From Phycisphaerales bacterium (GTDB lineage Bacteria > Planctomycetota > Phycisphaerae > WQYP01), in NCBI GenBank assembly GCA_027313145.1, contig DAHVEJ010000001.1, positions 6,698 to 70,697 on the forward strand: a DNA stretch of 64,000 nt. The letters run 5' to 3'. The position numbers and the translations under genes were made by a program. The notes under the pieces were generated by a model, which worked only from the letters and a program-made list of their open reading frames with translations, was not told the DNA's origin and searched no databases. Positions 39,253 to 52,900 of this stretch are shown here, one piece after another. Each line of letters opens with the position of its first letter. The stretch's first letter is position 1.

Positions 39253-41070
39253 TTATCCGGTGCCACCGAATTTGTTCAATGTCTGTCGCATGGCCGAAGC
39301 GGGCGTATTGCTGTAAACCCGGCCACCGATGCGATTGACGATGTGCGCGATCTCGCTGCCTTTCCTTCCATTGAGCCAAATCGTCGTCATATTGTGTAAT
39401 TGAACCCCGTGGGCGGCAGGGGCCTCAATAGCGCTTTCGCATTTGATGACGGCATCACGAAAATAACAGTAGATTCCCAATCCCCAGGCTTCGTGGTGGG
39501 TAACTGTGTCCTTCACCTTATACGATGCGTAGCCATCGGTTTGGCCCACCATCCAGGATGCCTGGTTGGGCGGGTCGTAGGGCATTTCCGATTGATACAT
39601 GTACACGCGACCGCGGTTGCCATTCCAAAGCGTCTGGTATTGCTCGTGGTGCTCATTGAATAATCCATAACAGGTCACATCATCGCCGTTGACTACCAGT
39701 CCGTGCTTTGTGGGATTGGTTTTCCAGCCGACGCCATTGCCATGATCCGCCCGCCAAATCCAGATGTTATCCGTCACAACGTGGCGACTGTTAATGATAA
39801 TACCTGCATCGTTGCGACCCGCGGCCGGGCCGGCCGTTCGCACGGTTAAGTCATAAAGGAAGCTTGGATTGGCGGAGTGATCGGCCGCGCTGCCAACAGG
39901 ACCCAGTTCCAGCAGGCACGGAGAGTTGACCGGACCGGCATCCACAATAAGTCCGGCGATGGTCACGCCATCCACGTCAGCTACCGAAACGGCGGGCCGG
40001 CCGGTCATGGCTTTGAGCGAGGGCACGCCCAAGCCCAGAAGTATGGTGTTCGGTTGCGTCACGCGTAGTGTGTTATTTAATTTGTAAGTGCCGGGTGTAA
40101 AAATAAGATGTTTGCCGGCGGCCAGTGCCTTGTTCAGGCTGGAAGCCGAGTCTTTGGCGGGGTGCGCGATATAAAACCGATTTATGGGAATTGATTCGCC
40201 CGCCGTAGAGCCCGAAGCCCACGATACACCGACCGTGTTGCGCCGCAGCGCTGGAACAAAGACCGCAAATTCGCCGGATTTGTCGACAATGATATAGGGC
40301 TTTTCACGAATCACCGGCGTTTGGTCAACCACCGTATACGCGGGATTGGGAAACGTGTTCCCCGGAGCGTTTTGACACCCCACAAAAACCATGTTCCACA
40401 CGGCGTTGTTCCAGGCCGACCACTTGCTGTTGCGCGACAACCATTGCTGTTGTGACGCCGGGGCCACTTTGCCATCCACCACGGAATCAGCCAGAAACCC
40501 GCCGCTGGCCCAGCCCGCGCCGCAATTACATGACTTCCACACGTCATAGAGATCCAGGTTGCCTTTTACGTGCAGGCGACGCATCGGCGAGGCTTGGGAC
40601 ACCGCAATACGCGTAGTGCCTCCGGTGGCCGAGGGCAACACCGCATAGTTACTTACGGTCCGCCAGAAGTTGACTAAGGCCGCTCCGCCACTCCACTGGG
40701 CGTTGATGTTTACTCCGCCGTCAATAAGTACATCGTCGGGATTTTTCCCCAACCCCGCGACTTCCGTGTAAAAGCCGACGTTAAAATTCACCCGATAATT
40801 ACCGGGCTTGAATAAAAATGCATAGCCTTGCGATGCAAATTGATTCGACTCCATTTTTCTAAAAATAGTTCTGGTGATTTGATTAATCCCCTCGGCCGGC
40901 ATGTTCGCATCGAAAACATAAACATTTTCACCGAAGACCGTCTTGTTGGCCCGAGAAAGGGACGCGGCACGTTCCGCGGTCAGCAATGCCTGGGCGTCCG
41001 TTCGCGCAGGTGCCATAGATGCGACTGCGGCGGTGGACATAATTTTCATAAATTGTCGTCGGTTTGGCAT
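39253..41070 (-). CDS. Tat-secreted right-handed parallel beta-helix (pectin-lyase-fold) protein, probable polysaccharide-active enzyme.
   Basis: Tat motif RRQFMKI. Repetitive beta-helix sequence with N/G/V-rich turns and an N-terminal pectate-lyase-superfamily-like region. Confidence 0.5.
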   Translation of the reverse strand: MPNRRQFMKIMSTAAVASMAPARTDAQALLTAERAASLSRANKTVFGENVYVFDANMPAEGINQITRTIFRKMESNQFASQGYAFLFKPGNYRVNFNVGFYTEVAGLGKNPDDVLIDGGVNINAQWSGGAALVNFWRTVSNYAVLPSATGGTTRIAVSQASPMRRLHVKGNLDLYDVWKSCNCGAGWASGGFLADSVVDGKVAPASQQQWLSRNSKWSAWNNAVWNMVFVGCQNAPGNTFPNPAYTVVDQTPVIREKPYIIVDKSGEFAVFVPALRRNTVGVSWASGSTAGESIPINRFYIAHPAKDSASSLNKALAAGKHLIFTPGTYKLNNTLRVTQPNTILLGLGVPSLKAMTGRPAVSVADVDGVTIAGLIVDAGPVNSPCLLELGPVGSAADHSANPSFLYDLTVRTAGPAAGRNDAGIIINSRHVVTDNIWIWRADHGNGVGWKTNPTKHGLVVNGDDVTCYGLFNEHHEQYQTLWNGNRGRVYMYQSEMPYDPPNQASWMVGQTDGYASYKVKDTVTHHEAWGLGIYCYFRDAVIKCESAIEAPAAHGVQLHNMTTIWLNGRKGSEIAHIVNRIGGRVYSNTPASAMRQTLNKFGGTG

Positions 41071-41260
41071 TTATTATGTTGCTCCTGGAGACACACGTTG
41101 CATTTTCGACTGCGCGGACAGGCTCCCAGCCTTCAGTGCCTTGATTGTTAATTTAATGGTCGCAGGTCGTGGTCGCAAGTGCAACGGGTGATTGGCTGCC
41201 GCAGGTCCGTTGGCCGGTGCGCTGCCGCGTAAAGTATCGCGCATCGGTTTTGTTGGGCGG

Positions 41261-41373
41261 GGCAATATTTCGGGGCAGGCGGCGAAATCGACGGCATAAA
41301 TGGCGGCACTAAGAGAATGCTTGGCCTTGGAAACGCGCATCGCAGAGGCCCGGCCGAATTTATTGCCACGCCC
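41261..41373. repeat. Repeat family B copy 2.
   Basis: About 86% identity to 19797-19907, same orientation, intergenic. Confidence 0.7.
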
Positions 41374-41538
41374 GTTATGTTGTCCCTGCAGGAAAATGGC
41401 TTGCTTATTGAGAGGAGAAGGAACATACTTGAACGTGTCAATAACATGATCGCGATGATGGGCGGCGGGTGGTTGTTGGTGGGTCCGCAGCCGAGGCGCG
41501 AACGGGCGTTGGGTCTAAATGAAAAGGAAGTGTGCTGC

Positions 41539-41763
41539 ATGAACTGGAAGTTGGCGGTAGGAATCGTACTGATTGTATTGGGCGGGGCAGCTTTAGCGTT
41601 TAACGGTGTGACTTGGTATAGCCGCAAGCCGATCATCCGCATTGCCACGGTACACATGGATGTAACGGTCAAGCATAAACTGTTTGCCGAACCGATGGTG
41701 GCGGGTCTGGCCCTCGTTGCGGGCATAGTTCTGGTGGTGCTAAGCCGCAAGTCACCGCGTTGA
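41539..41763 (+). CDS. Small 2-TM membrane protein (74 aa).
   Basis: Start MNWKLAVGIVLIVLGG. The upstream part of the ORF 41317..41763 overlaps repeat B and is probably not coding. Confidence 0.4.
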   Translation: MNWKLAVGIVLIVLGGAALAFNGVTWYSRKPIIRIATVHMDVTVKHKLFAEPMVAGLALVAGIVLVVLSRKSPR

Positions 41764-43530
41764 GAATACGAGAGTCACAGGAGCCAGCGGCACGTCGCCG
41801 GCATTTTGAAAGCCAATGTATGTGAGGCTGTTAAGGCCCAAGCGGTATGTATGGTGCGGTTGCAATTTTACCGGCAACACGCAGACTTTATGGCCGTTGG
41901 TCCAATAAGGCCGCCTTCCCTGGGGAATTACTGGAAATTCAGGACCTCCGCCAGTCCAGGAAAATCCGGACGACATGGGCACGTTGAACGTGACACGGAT
42001 GGCAGTCAACCTCGGGTCCACATTCCGTGCGCCATTGGCGGGGACCAGATTGACGATCCGGGGCTTTATGGCCAGCGCCCGCAATGCCACACCGGCGCCG
42101 CGAGTGGTAAAGTAAATGGCCGCCGGTCTTGCTGCTACGCCGCCGGCGCTGCGAAAGCTCATGAAGCTTGGGGAATTGATGCCCACACGGTAGTAACGGG
42201 CAGCTTGCAATCTCACTGGCAAAACGCAGGTGCGAGCGTTCTGCCAGTGTGGGCGCAGACCCGGAGGACTCGGCGGAAAGTACGGCGGGCCGCCGGTCCA
42301 TGAAAATCCCTTCGCCATATTCCGATCAAAGGTAACGGTGATCTGTGTGATTTTGGGATCCACATCGGTTGCTCCGATATGCGGAAACGTGGCGATGATT
42401 TTCGGCCAAGGGCTGGAGGTGGGCGTAACGATTGCAGGTCGGGCCGCAACCCGCTGCGGCGGTGTACCGGCTAATCCCGCGAGCATCAGTGCGGCCAGCG
42501 CCAGGCCGCTGAACAATGCCACCGCAATCACCGGGTATCGGTGGGTTTTTCTGAATTTGGCAATCATGTGAATCCTCGCTTTCATTTGGTTTTCGCTTTC
42601 CCATATTCCGGCCATGCCCGGCGACGCAGCCGGGCAGCGGAAATGTTCGAGTACTTTAATAATGGTGCGCCCGTACGCCTGATTATCGCTGCCATCGCCG
42701 CGTGACAAGGCCAGAGCATCGCAGGCGGCTTCCCGGTCGGTTTGCATGCGGTGAAAGGCGTGCCACGCCAAGGGATTAAACCAGTGCAGCGCCAGGGCCA
42801 GCGTCGTCAGCCAGTTCACCGGGATGTCCAGGCGTTTGACATGTCCTATCTCGTGCAGGAAAACAAAGCGCAACTCCGCGCTGGAAAAACTTTCCGTGAA
42901 GCCGGCAGGCAGCAGCAATCGTGGTCGCACGAAGCCATACAGCACCGGGCCGCCCACGGCGGAGCTTTGAATCACGGCCAGCGGAGTATGAATCCGCATT
43001 TCCTGCTTGCAATCCTCCAGTAAATTCAGCACCGCAGCGTCGGTCAGCGAACGCTGGTGCCGTATTTTGCGGCGTGTCCGCCACCCGGTGCCTAGCTGTC
43101 CCGCCAGTAGAGCCGCAGTACCAGCAAGCCAAATTCCAGCCAACGAATTCTGCCATTGATCCAGCCAGAACAGCGCGGCCTGGCCGGTTTTGGCAGCCAG
43201 CGCGGCAATATGACCGCCGACGGTGGACACGGAATGTTCGCCGTCGCCCCGTACTTCGGACAGTGTCGCAGTCGCGGGGGACGCGGGGGCAAGGACAGTC
43301 CTCGCCGGGAGTCGAAGCAAACGCAGAAGATTAAGCGACGCTGGCAGCGGCAAGGGCAGTACCAAGCGGAGCACCACCAGCAGCCAGAACGCGTGACGCC
43401 ATTTTGGCGGCACCCGGTTGTGAAATAGCCGCAGGACCAGCAGCACCAGCAGCACCAGCACCGTCGCCTCCAGGCTGGCCCGGAGCACGGAGAAAAAAAT
43501 GAGATGGAGGGTGTTCAATGTAATGCTCAT
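41752..43530 (-). CDS. BlaR1/MecR1-type M56 peptidase sensor-transducer with tandem Ig-like C-terminal domains.
   Basis: N-terminal TM segments, HEXXH (FLHEIGHVKR) M56 motif and two C-terminal repeats (...FSWTGG.P.FP...). Confidence 0.85.
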   Translation of the reverse strand: MSITLNTLHLIFFSVLRASLEATVLVLLVLLVLRLFHNRVPPKWRHAFWLLVVLRLVLPLPLPASLNLLRLLRLPARTVLAPASPATATLSEVRGDGEHSVSTVGGHIAALAAKTGQAALFWLDQWQNSLAGIWLAGTAALLAGQLGTGWRTRRKIRHQRSLTDAAVLNLLEDCKQEMRIHTPLAVIQSSAVGGPVLYGFVRPRLLLPAGFTESFSSAELRFVFLHEIGHVKRLDIPVNWLTTLALALHWFNPLAWHAFHRMQTDREAACDALALSRGDGSDNQAYGRTIIKVLEHFRCPAASPGMAGIWESENQMKARIHMIAKFRKTHRYPVIAVALFSGLALAALMLAGLAGTPPQRVAARPAIVTPTSSPWPKIIATFPHIGATDVDPKITQITVTFDRNMAKGFSWTGGPPYFPPSPPGLRPHWQNARTCVLPVRLQAARYYRVGINSPSFMSFRSAGGVAARPAAIYFTTRGAGVALRALAIKPRIVNLVPANGARNVDPRLTAIRVTFNVPMSSGFSWTGGGPEFPVIPQGRRPYWTNGHKVCVLPVKLQPHHTYRLGLNSLTYIGFQNAGDVPLAPVTLVFSTR

Positions 43531-43907
43531 GGCGGTCCCTGTTCCTCCAATAAGCGTTTTAACTCTCGAATTTCCTGGGTGGAAATCCTGCCGTTTTCAA
43601 CAAAATGCGCCAGCATCGGCTGCATCGCGCCATCGAATACCCGCTCAAGAAATCGTTCGCTGGCCAGAGTAGTGCAATCGGCTTGACTGACCAGCGAACG
43701 GTACCGGTAAGCCCGCCCCTCCTTGCGGAAGTCAAGGACCTTCTTGGCGACCAGACGGCCCAAGAACGTCTTAATGGTTTTGGGATGCCAAGCGGGATCG
43801 GTGCGGACCAAAACCGAAATGACATCATTCGCCGAACAAGGTTCCGCAGCCCATACGACCTTCATGACCTCCCACTCGGCTTCGGAAATTTTGGGAATAT
43901 TTTTCAT
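43527..43907 (-). CDS. BlaI/MecI/CopY-family transcriptional repressor.
   Basis: Winged-helix Penicillinase_R-like sequence (EWEVMKVVW...SANDV...KTIKTFLGRLVAKKVL). 4-nt overlap with the M56 gene. Confidence 0.85.
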   Translation of the reverse strand: MKNIPKISEAEWEVMKVVWAAEPCSANDVISVLVRTDPAWHPKTIKTFLGRLVAKKVLDFRKEGRAYRYRSLVSQADCTTLASERFLERVFDGAMQPMLAHFVENGRISTQEIRELKRLLEEQGPP

Positions 43908-43997
43908 AAGCTGGCCCTTTGCTTACATTTGTAATCGCCAATAGATTACACCTGTAATCCTGAGATGTCAACTCATGCCTGCCGTGAAAATCAAAAT

Positions 43998-44738
43998 TTA
44001 CCGAAAGTATCCCTGTAAAAACAGCAGCCCGCCGGAAACTAGCAGGCCGACATAGACGCAGCGGTAGAAGCCTTCCCCTTTGATTTTGCCATGAAGGTAT
44101 CGTCCGATCAGCATGGCCAACGCCAAACCGGGAATGGCTACCAGAAAATAGCGCGTCACCGCGGGCTGCCACAAGCCTAACGCAGCGTCGCTGACCAGCA
44201 CTACGAGGCTCGCGGGCAGGAAATATCCCTGAAGCGTAGCGCGAAAGTGTTGTGGCGACCAGCGCCGCAATATTCCGTAAATAACCAGCGGCGGCCCGTT
44301 AATCCCATAAGCGCCGCCGAGCACCCCGGATATAAAGCCTGCACAGACCAGCCAGCCTGTGTGCTCCCGCTTTAGATGGATCAGGGAGTTCGCCAGCAGG
44401 AAGACACTGGCGAAGCCGGCGATCAAAAGGCCGAGGATCATTTTTGCCAGGTGATTCTCAAATTTCAAAAGCAGCCATAAGCCCAGGGGAATGCCCGCCA
44501 AAGAGGTCATTACCAGCCAGCCGGCGCTGCGAAAGTGAATGTATCGCCAATCCTGCACCACAACTGTCGCCGCGACAATCACGGACACCAGCACCGCCAA
44601 CGGCACCGCCACCGCGACGGGGATGCGCAAGGCCAATAAAGGGACAGCCACCAGTGCCTCACCGAATCCCACCGTGGAGCGGATCAGCGCGGCCAGAAAA
44701 ATCACAGCGATAACATACATATCCGTGGCGCTGATCAC
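43998..44738 (-). CDS. TauE/SafE (DUF81) family sulfite/anion exporter.
   Basis: Two-fold repeated 4-TM architecture with conserved GxGGG-like motifs. Confidence 0.75.
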   Translation of the reverse strand: MISATDMYVIAVIFLAALIRSTVGFGEALVAVPLLALRIPVAVAVPLAVLVSVIVAATVVVQDWRYIHFRSAGWLVMTSLAGIPLGLWLLLKFENHLAKMILGLLIAGFASVFLLANSLIHLKREHTGWLVCAGFISGVLGGAYGINGPPLVIYGILRRWSPQHFRATLQGYFLPASLVVLVSDAALGLWQPAVTRYFLVAIPGLALAMLIGRYLHGKIKGEGFYRCVYVGLLVSGGLLFLQGYFR

Positions 44739-44766
44739 AGTTGATTACCCCGCTGATTGGAGAGAC

Positions 44767-44982
44767 TTATGACGGGATGTGGTCGGCGTATTTGCGGCGG
44801 AAGTCTTCCAGTGAGCTGATGCCCGCAGGCAGTTCCGCCTGGTCGATAAGCAAAACGGGTATGCCATCGCGAATGGGATAGCGCAATCCGCCCACCTCGC
44901 CAACCAGAAAGTCGCCTTCCAGACGAAGGCGACTTCGGGTCAACGGGCAAACCAGAATTTCCAGTAATTCCGCATCTAACAT
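44767..44982 (-). CDS. Trm112-family small protein (UPF0434).
   Basis: LLEILVCPL...YPIRDGIPVLLIDQA signature. Confidence 0.7.
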   Translation of the reverse strand: MLDAELLEILVCPLTRSRLRLEGDFLVGEVGGLRYPIRDGIPVLLIDQAELPAGISSLEDFRRKYADHIPS

Positions 44983-45028
44983 TTCGGCTCCTACGGCTTA
45001 GGTTACAACGCAGAGCTTCCGGCCACAA

Positions 45029-47362
<2,334 letters not shown>

Positions 47363-47421
47363 CGGATAGAATGATAATTGCTGTCGCGGCAAATGGCAAG
47401 CGTGGCAGCGTGTCGCGTGAT

Positions 47422-47630
47422 GGAGCACCGTGGTGATAACCCGGCGGTTGGCTTGCGGCATGAGATCAACCACCGGATTACCATCCGGTGCTATGCGGAC
47501 GCGTCCGGTTAAAGAAAAAAGGTACCTGACACCTTTTTTCATGGCCGTGGCATAGAGCACCGTGGTGATAACCCGGTGGTTGGCTTGCGGCATTGGATCA
47601 ACCACCGGATTACCATTCGGTGCTCTTGAG
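47422..47630. repeat. Two 75-bp direct repeats (47422-47495 and 47557-47630, about 90% identical). Each contains hairpin CACCGG-ATTACCAT-CCGGTG. They are separated by an A/T-flanked bidirectional terminator-like hairpin (47509-47536).
   Basis: Direct reading. Lies in the divergent intergenic region between the ArsR-methyltransferase gene and manA. Confidence 0.65.
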
Positions 47631-47852
47631 AATTGCACCACTCCGGCGCGCCCGAAGAGGTAAGCGCCCGAGGCGATCAGGCTCAATGCGTGTCAGTCGG
47701 ATCAAAGTTTCACTGCGGTTTGGCCGATAATGATGGCGAAGGGCCGGGTTGGGACATAACATTGGCGTGTGCGGGGGCCTAAGAAGGCGCTTATAATTGC
47801 ATACGGCCGACATGCCCGGCGCTAAGATATATAAATAAAGGATTGCACCACT

Positions 47853-48896
47853 GTGAACATATACCCCATGAAATTTTCCCCGGTTTTTCAGGAACGCATC
47901 TGGGGCGGCCAAAAAATTCGCCAGCATCTGGGCCGACCTGTGCCCCACGAATTTTATAAATCGCGTATCGGCGAGGCATGGGAATTGGCCGATCTTCCGG
48001 CAGGTTCTGTGAAAACCGATTCGGCGGGCGCGGTGCCGGACGGGAGTTTATCCAGCCGGATTATCAACGGGCCACTGGCTAAACGCTCTTTGCATGAGGT
48101 GATCGGACAATATGGGCCGGAAATCATGGGCCGGGCCGCAGCGGGACATTCGCATTTCCCGCTGCTGATAAAATTTTTGGACGCGGCTTCGGATTTATCG
48201 GTGCAGGTGCATCCCGATAAAGCCTATGCCGCAACGCATCCCGGGGCGCAACTTAAAAGTGAGGCGTGGTATGTGCTGGAAGCAGCGCCGGGTGCGAAGA
48301 TATATAAGGGGGTGAAGCGCGGCGTAACCCGTGACATGTTCGCGGCGGCGCTGCAGGCCGGAACGGTGGATCGGCTGTTGCTGGCGGTACCGGTGCAGGC
48401 GGGAGATTGTCACTTTTTGGAATCCGGAACTGTTCATGCCCTGGGTGCCGGGGTACTGGTTGCGGAAGTACAGACTCCCAGCGACACGACTTTTCGCGTC
48501 TTTGATTGGAATCGGCTTGGCCCGGATGGCAAGGCCCGTACCCTGCATATTCAGGAAGCTTTGGAAGTCATAGATTTTTCGCCGCCGGCACCGGCGATAC
48601 CCCAACGTCGGAATTATCTCGTTGAGGACACCGTTGTAACCGAGCTGGTTTCCTGTGATTACTTTTCCATACATCGGCTGACTGTGCCGGAGGGAAGTCA
48701 GACCTTCCCCGCGGATTGGATGGATGAAAAACCTGAAGTGTGGATGTGCCTTTCCGGACAGGGCGTGCTGGAAATACTGGATGCCGCGCCGCTGGCCTTT
48801 GCGCCGGGGGAAACCCTGTTAATTCCCGCCAGCGCCCGGCAGATTCGCCTGCGTGTGGTCAGCGTGTGTACACTGTTGCGAATCCGACTGCCTTAA
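47853..48896 (+). CDS. manA: Mannose-6-phosphate isomerase, type I.
   Basis: N-terminal PMI type I signature (KFSPVFQERIWGG), the VQVHPD zinc-binding motif and a cupin fold. Confidence 0.8.
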   Translation: MNIYPMKFSPVFQERIWGGQKIRQHLGRPVPHEFYKSRIGEAWELADLPAGSVKTDSAGAVPDGSLSSRIINGPLAKRSLHEVIGQYGPEIMGRAAAGHSHFPLLIKFLDAASDLSVQVHPDKAYAATHPGAQLKSEAWYVLEAAPGAKIYKGVKRGVTRDMFAAALQAGTVDRLLLAVPVQAGDCHFLESGTVHALGAGVLVAEVQTPSDTTFRVFDWNRLGPDGKARTLHIQEALEVIDFSPPAPAIPQRRNYLVEDTVVTELVSCDYFSIHRLTVPEGSQTFPADWMDEKPEVWMCLSGQGVLEILDAAPLAFAPGETLLIPASARQIRLRVVSVCTLLRIRLP

Positions 48897-48948
48897 TCGC
48901 GGACCGCCTGTGCGTTTTCGCCTCCTACAATGTATTGGAAATAATACG

Positions 48949-49905
48949 ATGAAAGTACGCTTACAAAAGTTCATGGCTGATTGCGGGGTGGCCGCCCGGC
49001 GCAAGTGTGAACAACTGATCTTGGAAGGCCAAGTGCGTGTCAACGGGCATGTGCCGGTGAAATTGCCGGTGTTGATTGATCCGGAAAAGGACACCATCAC
49101 CGTGGGCGATGATCTGGTTGAAGCGCTGCAGCCGGAAAAGCTGCTTTACATCCTGCTTTATAAGCCGAAAGGCGTGCTGGTGACCCGGAATGATCCAGCG
49201 GATCGCAAAACCGTCCATGAATTACTGCCGGGCATAACGGCGCGACTATTTCCCGTCGGTCGGCTGGATATGGATTCCCGCGGGTTGGTGCTGATGACCA
49301 ATGACGGTGAATTGGCCAATGCCATATCGCATCCACGTTACGGCGTGGAAAAAACCTACGTTGTCACGGTGGATGCCCGCTTAACAAGCGAAGCGGTGGA
49401 AAGAGTGCGTAAGGGTATCTGGCTGGGAGCGCCGGATGGCGGGCGGGCCGTGCGGGCGGAAGGCTTTGCCTTGCGCGTGCTGTCGCGGCAACGCGGCAAG
49501 ACGATTTTGGAAGTAACCATTGCGGAAGGAAAAAACCGGGAATTCCGCCGCGTGCTGGCCCGTTTCGGATACCGTGTTGCGGATATATTCCGCGTGGCGA
49601 TTGCGGAAAAAATTACAGCCGCCGGATTAAATCCGGGCGAATCTAGAGCGCTATCACCGAAGGAATTGCAATGGCTGCGCACGGTCAGTTCGCCGGAATA
49701 TCATGATCAGAAGCGACAGGCGACGCAAAAATGGTTCGAACGCAAGGAAATGGAAAAGGAACGAAAACGGCTGCAACATTCGCCCGCCACCACGGACTTC
49801 CATGCCGCCAAGCCTTCCACAAAGCCGCGACCGCGGGTCGCGCCCCGGCAATACACCGGCAGAGGCGGAAACGCGCGTCCGGCGTACCCGCGTAATATTA
49901 GATAA
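48949..49905 (+). CDS. rluB: Pseudouridine synthase (RsuA/RluB family) with a basic C-terminal tail.
   Basis: S4 domain (MKVRLQKFMADCGVAARRKCEQLI), catalytic motif GRLDMDSRGLVLMTNDG and a Lys/Arg-rich tail. Confidence 0.85.
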   Translation: MKVRLQKFMADCGVAARRKCEQLILEGQVRVNGHVPVKLPVLIDPEKDTITVGDDLVEALQPEKLLYILLYKPKGVLVTRNDPADRKTVHELLPGITARLFPVGRLDMDSRGLVLMTNDGELANAISHPRYGVEKTYVVTVDARLTSEAVERVRKGIWLGAPDGGRAVRAEGFALRVLSRQRGKTILEVTIAEGKNREFRRVLARFGYRVADIFRVAIAEKITAAGLNPGESRALSPKELQWLRTVSSPEYHDQKRQATQKWFERKEMEKERKRLQHSPATTDFHAAKPSTKPRPRVAPRQYTGRGGNARPAYPRNIR

Positions 49906-49965
49906 CACATTTAATGTACCGATTTAACGCCCCGGCACGCGACGGACGCAGTTGAGTAATAAAAT

Positions 49966-52900
49966 ATGAGTAAGAAAATAGAAAACCAGAATACTTCAGG
50001 GTTGAAGCAGGGTGCGGCCGGACCGATGGAAAGCCATCCATTTCTGGATGTGTTAAAACACCGGGTCATGGTATTTGACGGCGGATTAGGCACGCAGATA
50101 TTTGCCGCGAATCTGACGTTGGCCGATTTTAACAATCTGGAAAACTGCCCGGAAGTGCTGGTGCTTTCCCGGCCCGATGTAATTCAATCCATCCATGAAT
50201 CGTATTATGCCGCCGGGTCTGATACGGTGGAAACCGATACGTTTGGTGCCAGTAAAATTGTTCTGGCGGAATTTGGCTTACAAGACCAGTGCCGGGAAAT
50301 AAACAGGAAGGCTGCGACGCTGGCGCGCAACGCCGCGAATAAATTTTCCACACCGGATCGTCCGCGCTTTGTCGCCGGTTCGATTGGCCCGGGCACCAAA
50401 GCCATCACGCTGGGCAACACCACGTTTGACATCATGCATGATTCCTACCTGGAGCAGGTTCGCGGCTTGCTCGATGGCGGGGTTGATGCGATTCTCATTG
50501 AAACATGTTTTGACCTGCTGCAGGCCAAAGTTGCGGTGATTGCCGCGACCGATGCCATGGAGGAAATGGGCGTTCGCGTTCCGATCATGGTGCAGGTAAC
50601 CATGGAAACCGTCGGCACGATGTTGCTGGGTACGGAAATGAACGCGGTGATTACCACACTGGAAGCGCTTCCGGTGGATGTCATCGGCATGAACTGCGCC
50701 ACCGGTCCGGAGCTGATGCGCCCGCACGTGGAAACCTTGAGTCAGAATTGTACGCGCTATTTATCCGTGCAGCCCAATGCCGGCCTGCCTGTGCTGCATG
50801 AGGGCCGCACCCATTTCCCGCTTGGAGCGGCGGAACTTGCCAAGGCCCATGTGGAATTTGTTCAGCAGTTTGGTGTCAATATTGTCGGCGGATGCTGCGG
50901 CACCACACCGGAGCATATCCGCGCTGTGGCGGCGGCGGTGGCACAATTAAAACCGGCAGTCCGCAGCGCACACGGGCGGAAAATGGATGCCGCGCATGCG
51001 ACTATTTCATCGTTGTATAGCGCGGTGGACGCCCGGCAGGATAATTCCATTCTCATTATCGGCGAACGCACCAATACCAACGGTTCCAAAAAATTCCGGG
51101 ATTGCCTCCTGGCCGCGGATTGGGACACGTTGACCGCCATCGGGCGCGAACAGGTGAAGGAAGGATCGCACGTTGTTGATGTCTGCGTGGATTATGTGGG
51201 CCGCAACGGCGTCCCGGACATGACCGATATTGTCCGGCGCTTTGCCAAGGAAGTCACCGCGCCCTTGATGATCGACTCGACACAGTTGGATGTCATCGAA
51301 GCCGGATTACAAGCCGCCCCGGGCAAGTGCATTGTCAATTCCATTAATCTGGAAGATGGCGAAGAAAAACTCGCCCGCATGGCCGCGTTACTGAAGCGCT
51401 ACGGGGCCGCCGTGGTCGCAGGCACCATTGATGAAGACAAAATTGAGGCCATGGCCAAAACCGCCGATCGTAAAATTGAAATTGCCAAAAGGCTGTACGA
51501 TCTGCTGGTTAATAAATACGGCATTCCGGAAACGAATATTTATTTCGATCCGCTCATATTTCCCATTGTTACCGGGCAGGAGGAAGTGCGGCGACTGGCG
51601 CTGGAAACCATTGACGGCATCCGTCGAATCAGTGAGGAACTGCCCAACTGCCATACCACGCTGGGGCTTTCCAACGTTTCCTTCGGGTTAAAGCCGTATG
51701 CGCGGCTGGTGTTAAACAGTGCGTTCTTCAATGAATGCGTCAAGGCGGGCTTGACCAGCGCGATTGTCCACGCCAGTAAAATTTTGCCGCAGAATAAAAT
51801 TGACCCGGAACATTACCAATGGGCACTGGATCTGATTTATGATCGGCAGCGGGAAGATTATAAGCCGCTGCAACTGCTGACGAATCTGGGTGCCCCGGCC
51901 AAAGTGGCGGAGGCCACAGAACAACTGCCGCTGGAGGAAAAACTGCGCCGGCACATTATTGACGGTGATAAGCAAAAACTGTCGGAACATCTTGATCAGG
52001 CCATGACCAAGTATGCGCCATTGGACATTATCAATGATCATCTGCTGGCCGGCATGAAAGTGGTGGGCGACTTGTTCGGCAGCGGGCAGATGCAGTTACC
52101 GTTTGTGCTTCAAAGTGCGGAAGTCATGAAAGCGGCGGTAGCCTATCTGCAACCCTTTATGCCCAAGAGCGAAGGCCAAAGCCGCGGAAGAATGGTTCTG
52201 GCCACCGTTAAGGGGGACGTGCACGACATTGGTAAAAATCTGGTGGATATTATTTTATCCAACAATGGCTATACGGTGGTCAACCTGGGCATCAAACAGC
52301 CCATCGCCAATATCGTACAGGCCGCAAAAGAACATAACGCCCAGATCATCGGTCTTTCCGGCCTGCTGGTAAAGTCCACGCTGGTCATGCGCGATGATTT
52401 GCAGGAACTTAATCGCCTGGGAATTGACATACCGGTAATTCTTGGCGGTGCGGCACTCACCCGCGGTTATGTGGAAAAAGATTTGCGCGATATTTACAAA
52501 GGCCCCTTGTTCTATGGCAAAGATGCCTTTGAGGGCTTGCGCGTCATGGACCACGTGGCAACCGGAAAAATCAGCGAGATTCTCGTTGCAACCGGTGAAT
52601 CCAGGCAACAGGCGGATTTGCGAGCCAAAGCAGGGGCCTCCCCGGTGACGCCGGAAACCGACATCCCCAAGATTACCTGCGATGATTATGCCAACTCCGG
52701 TATACGCACCGACGTTGCGGTGCCGGCGTTACCTTTTTACGGGTCGCGCGTGGTGACGGATATTCCGGTGGATGCGGTATTTCCCTATATTGACGAGGTG
52801 GCACTTTTCCGCGGCCAATGGCAGTTCAAAAGCGGCACCATGCCGCGCGATGAATTTCGTCAGTGGACGGAAAGCCATGTTCGCCCGATTTATAACCGCA

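Noticed and set aside
41317-41538. N-terminal 74 codons of ORF 41317..41763.
   Set aside because: Overlaps the family-B repeat. A better start with hydrophobic N-terminus is at 41539.
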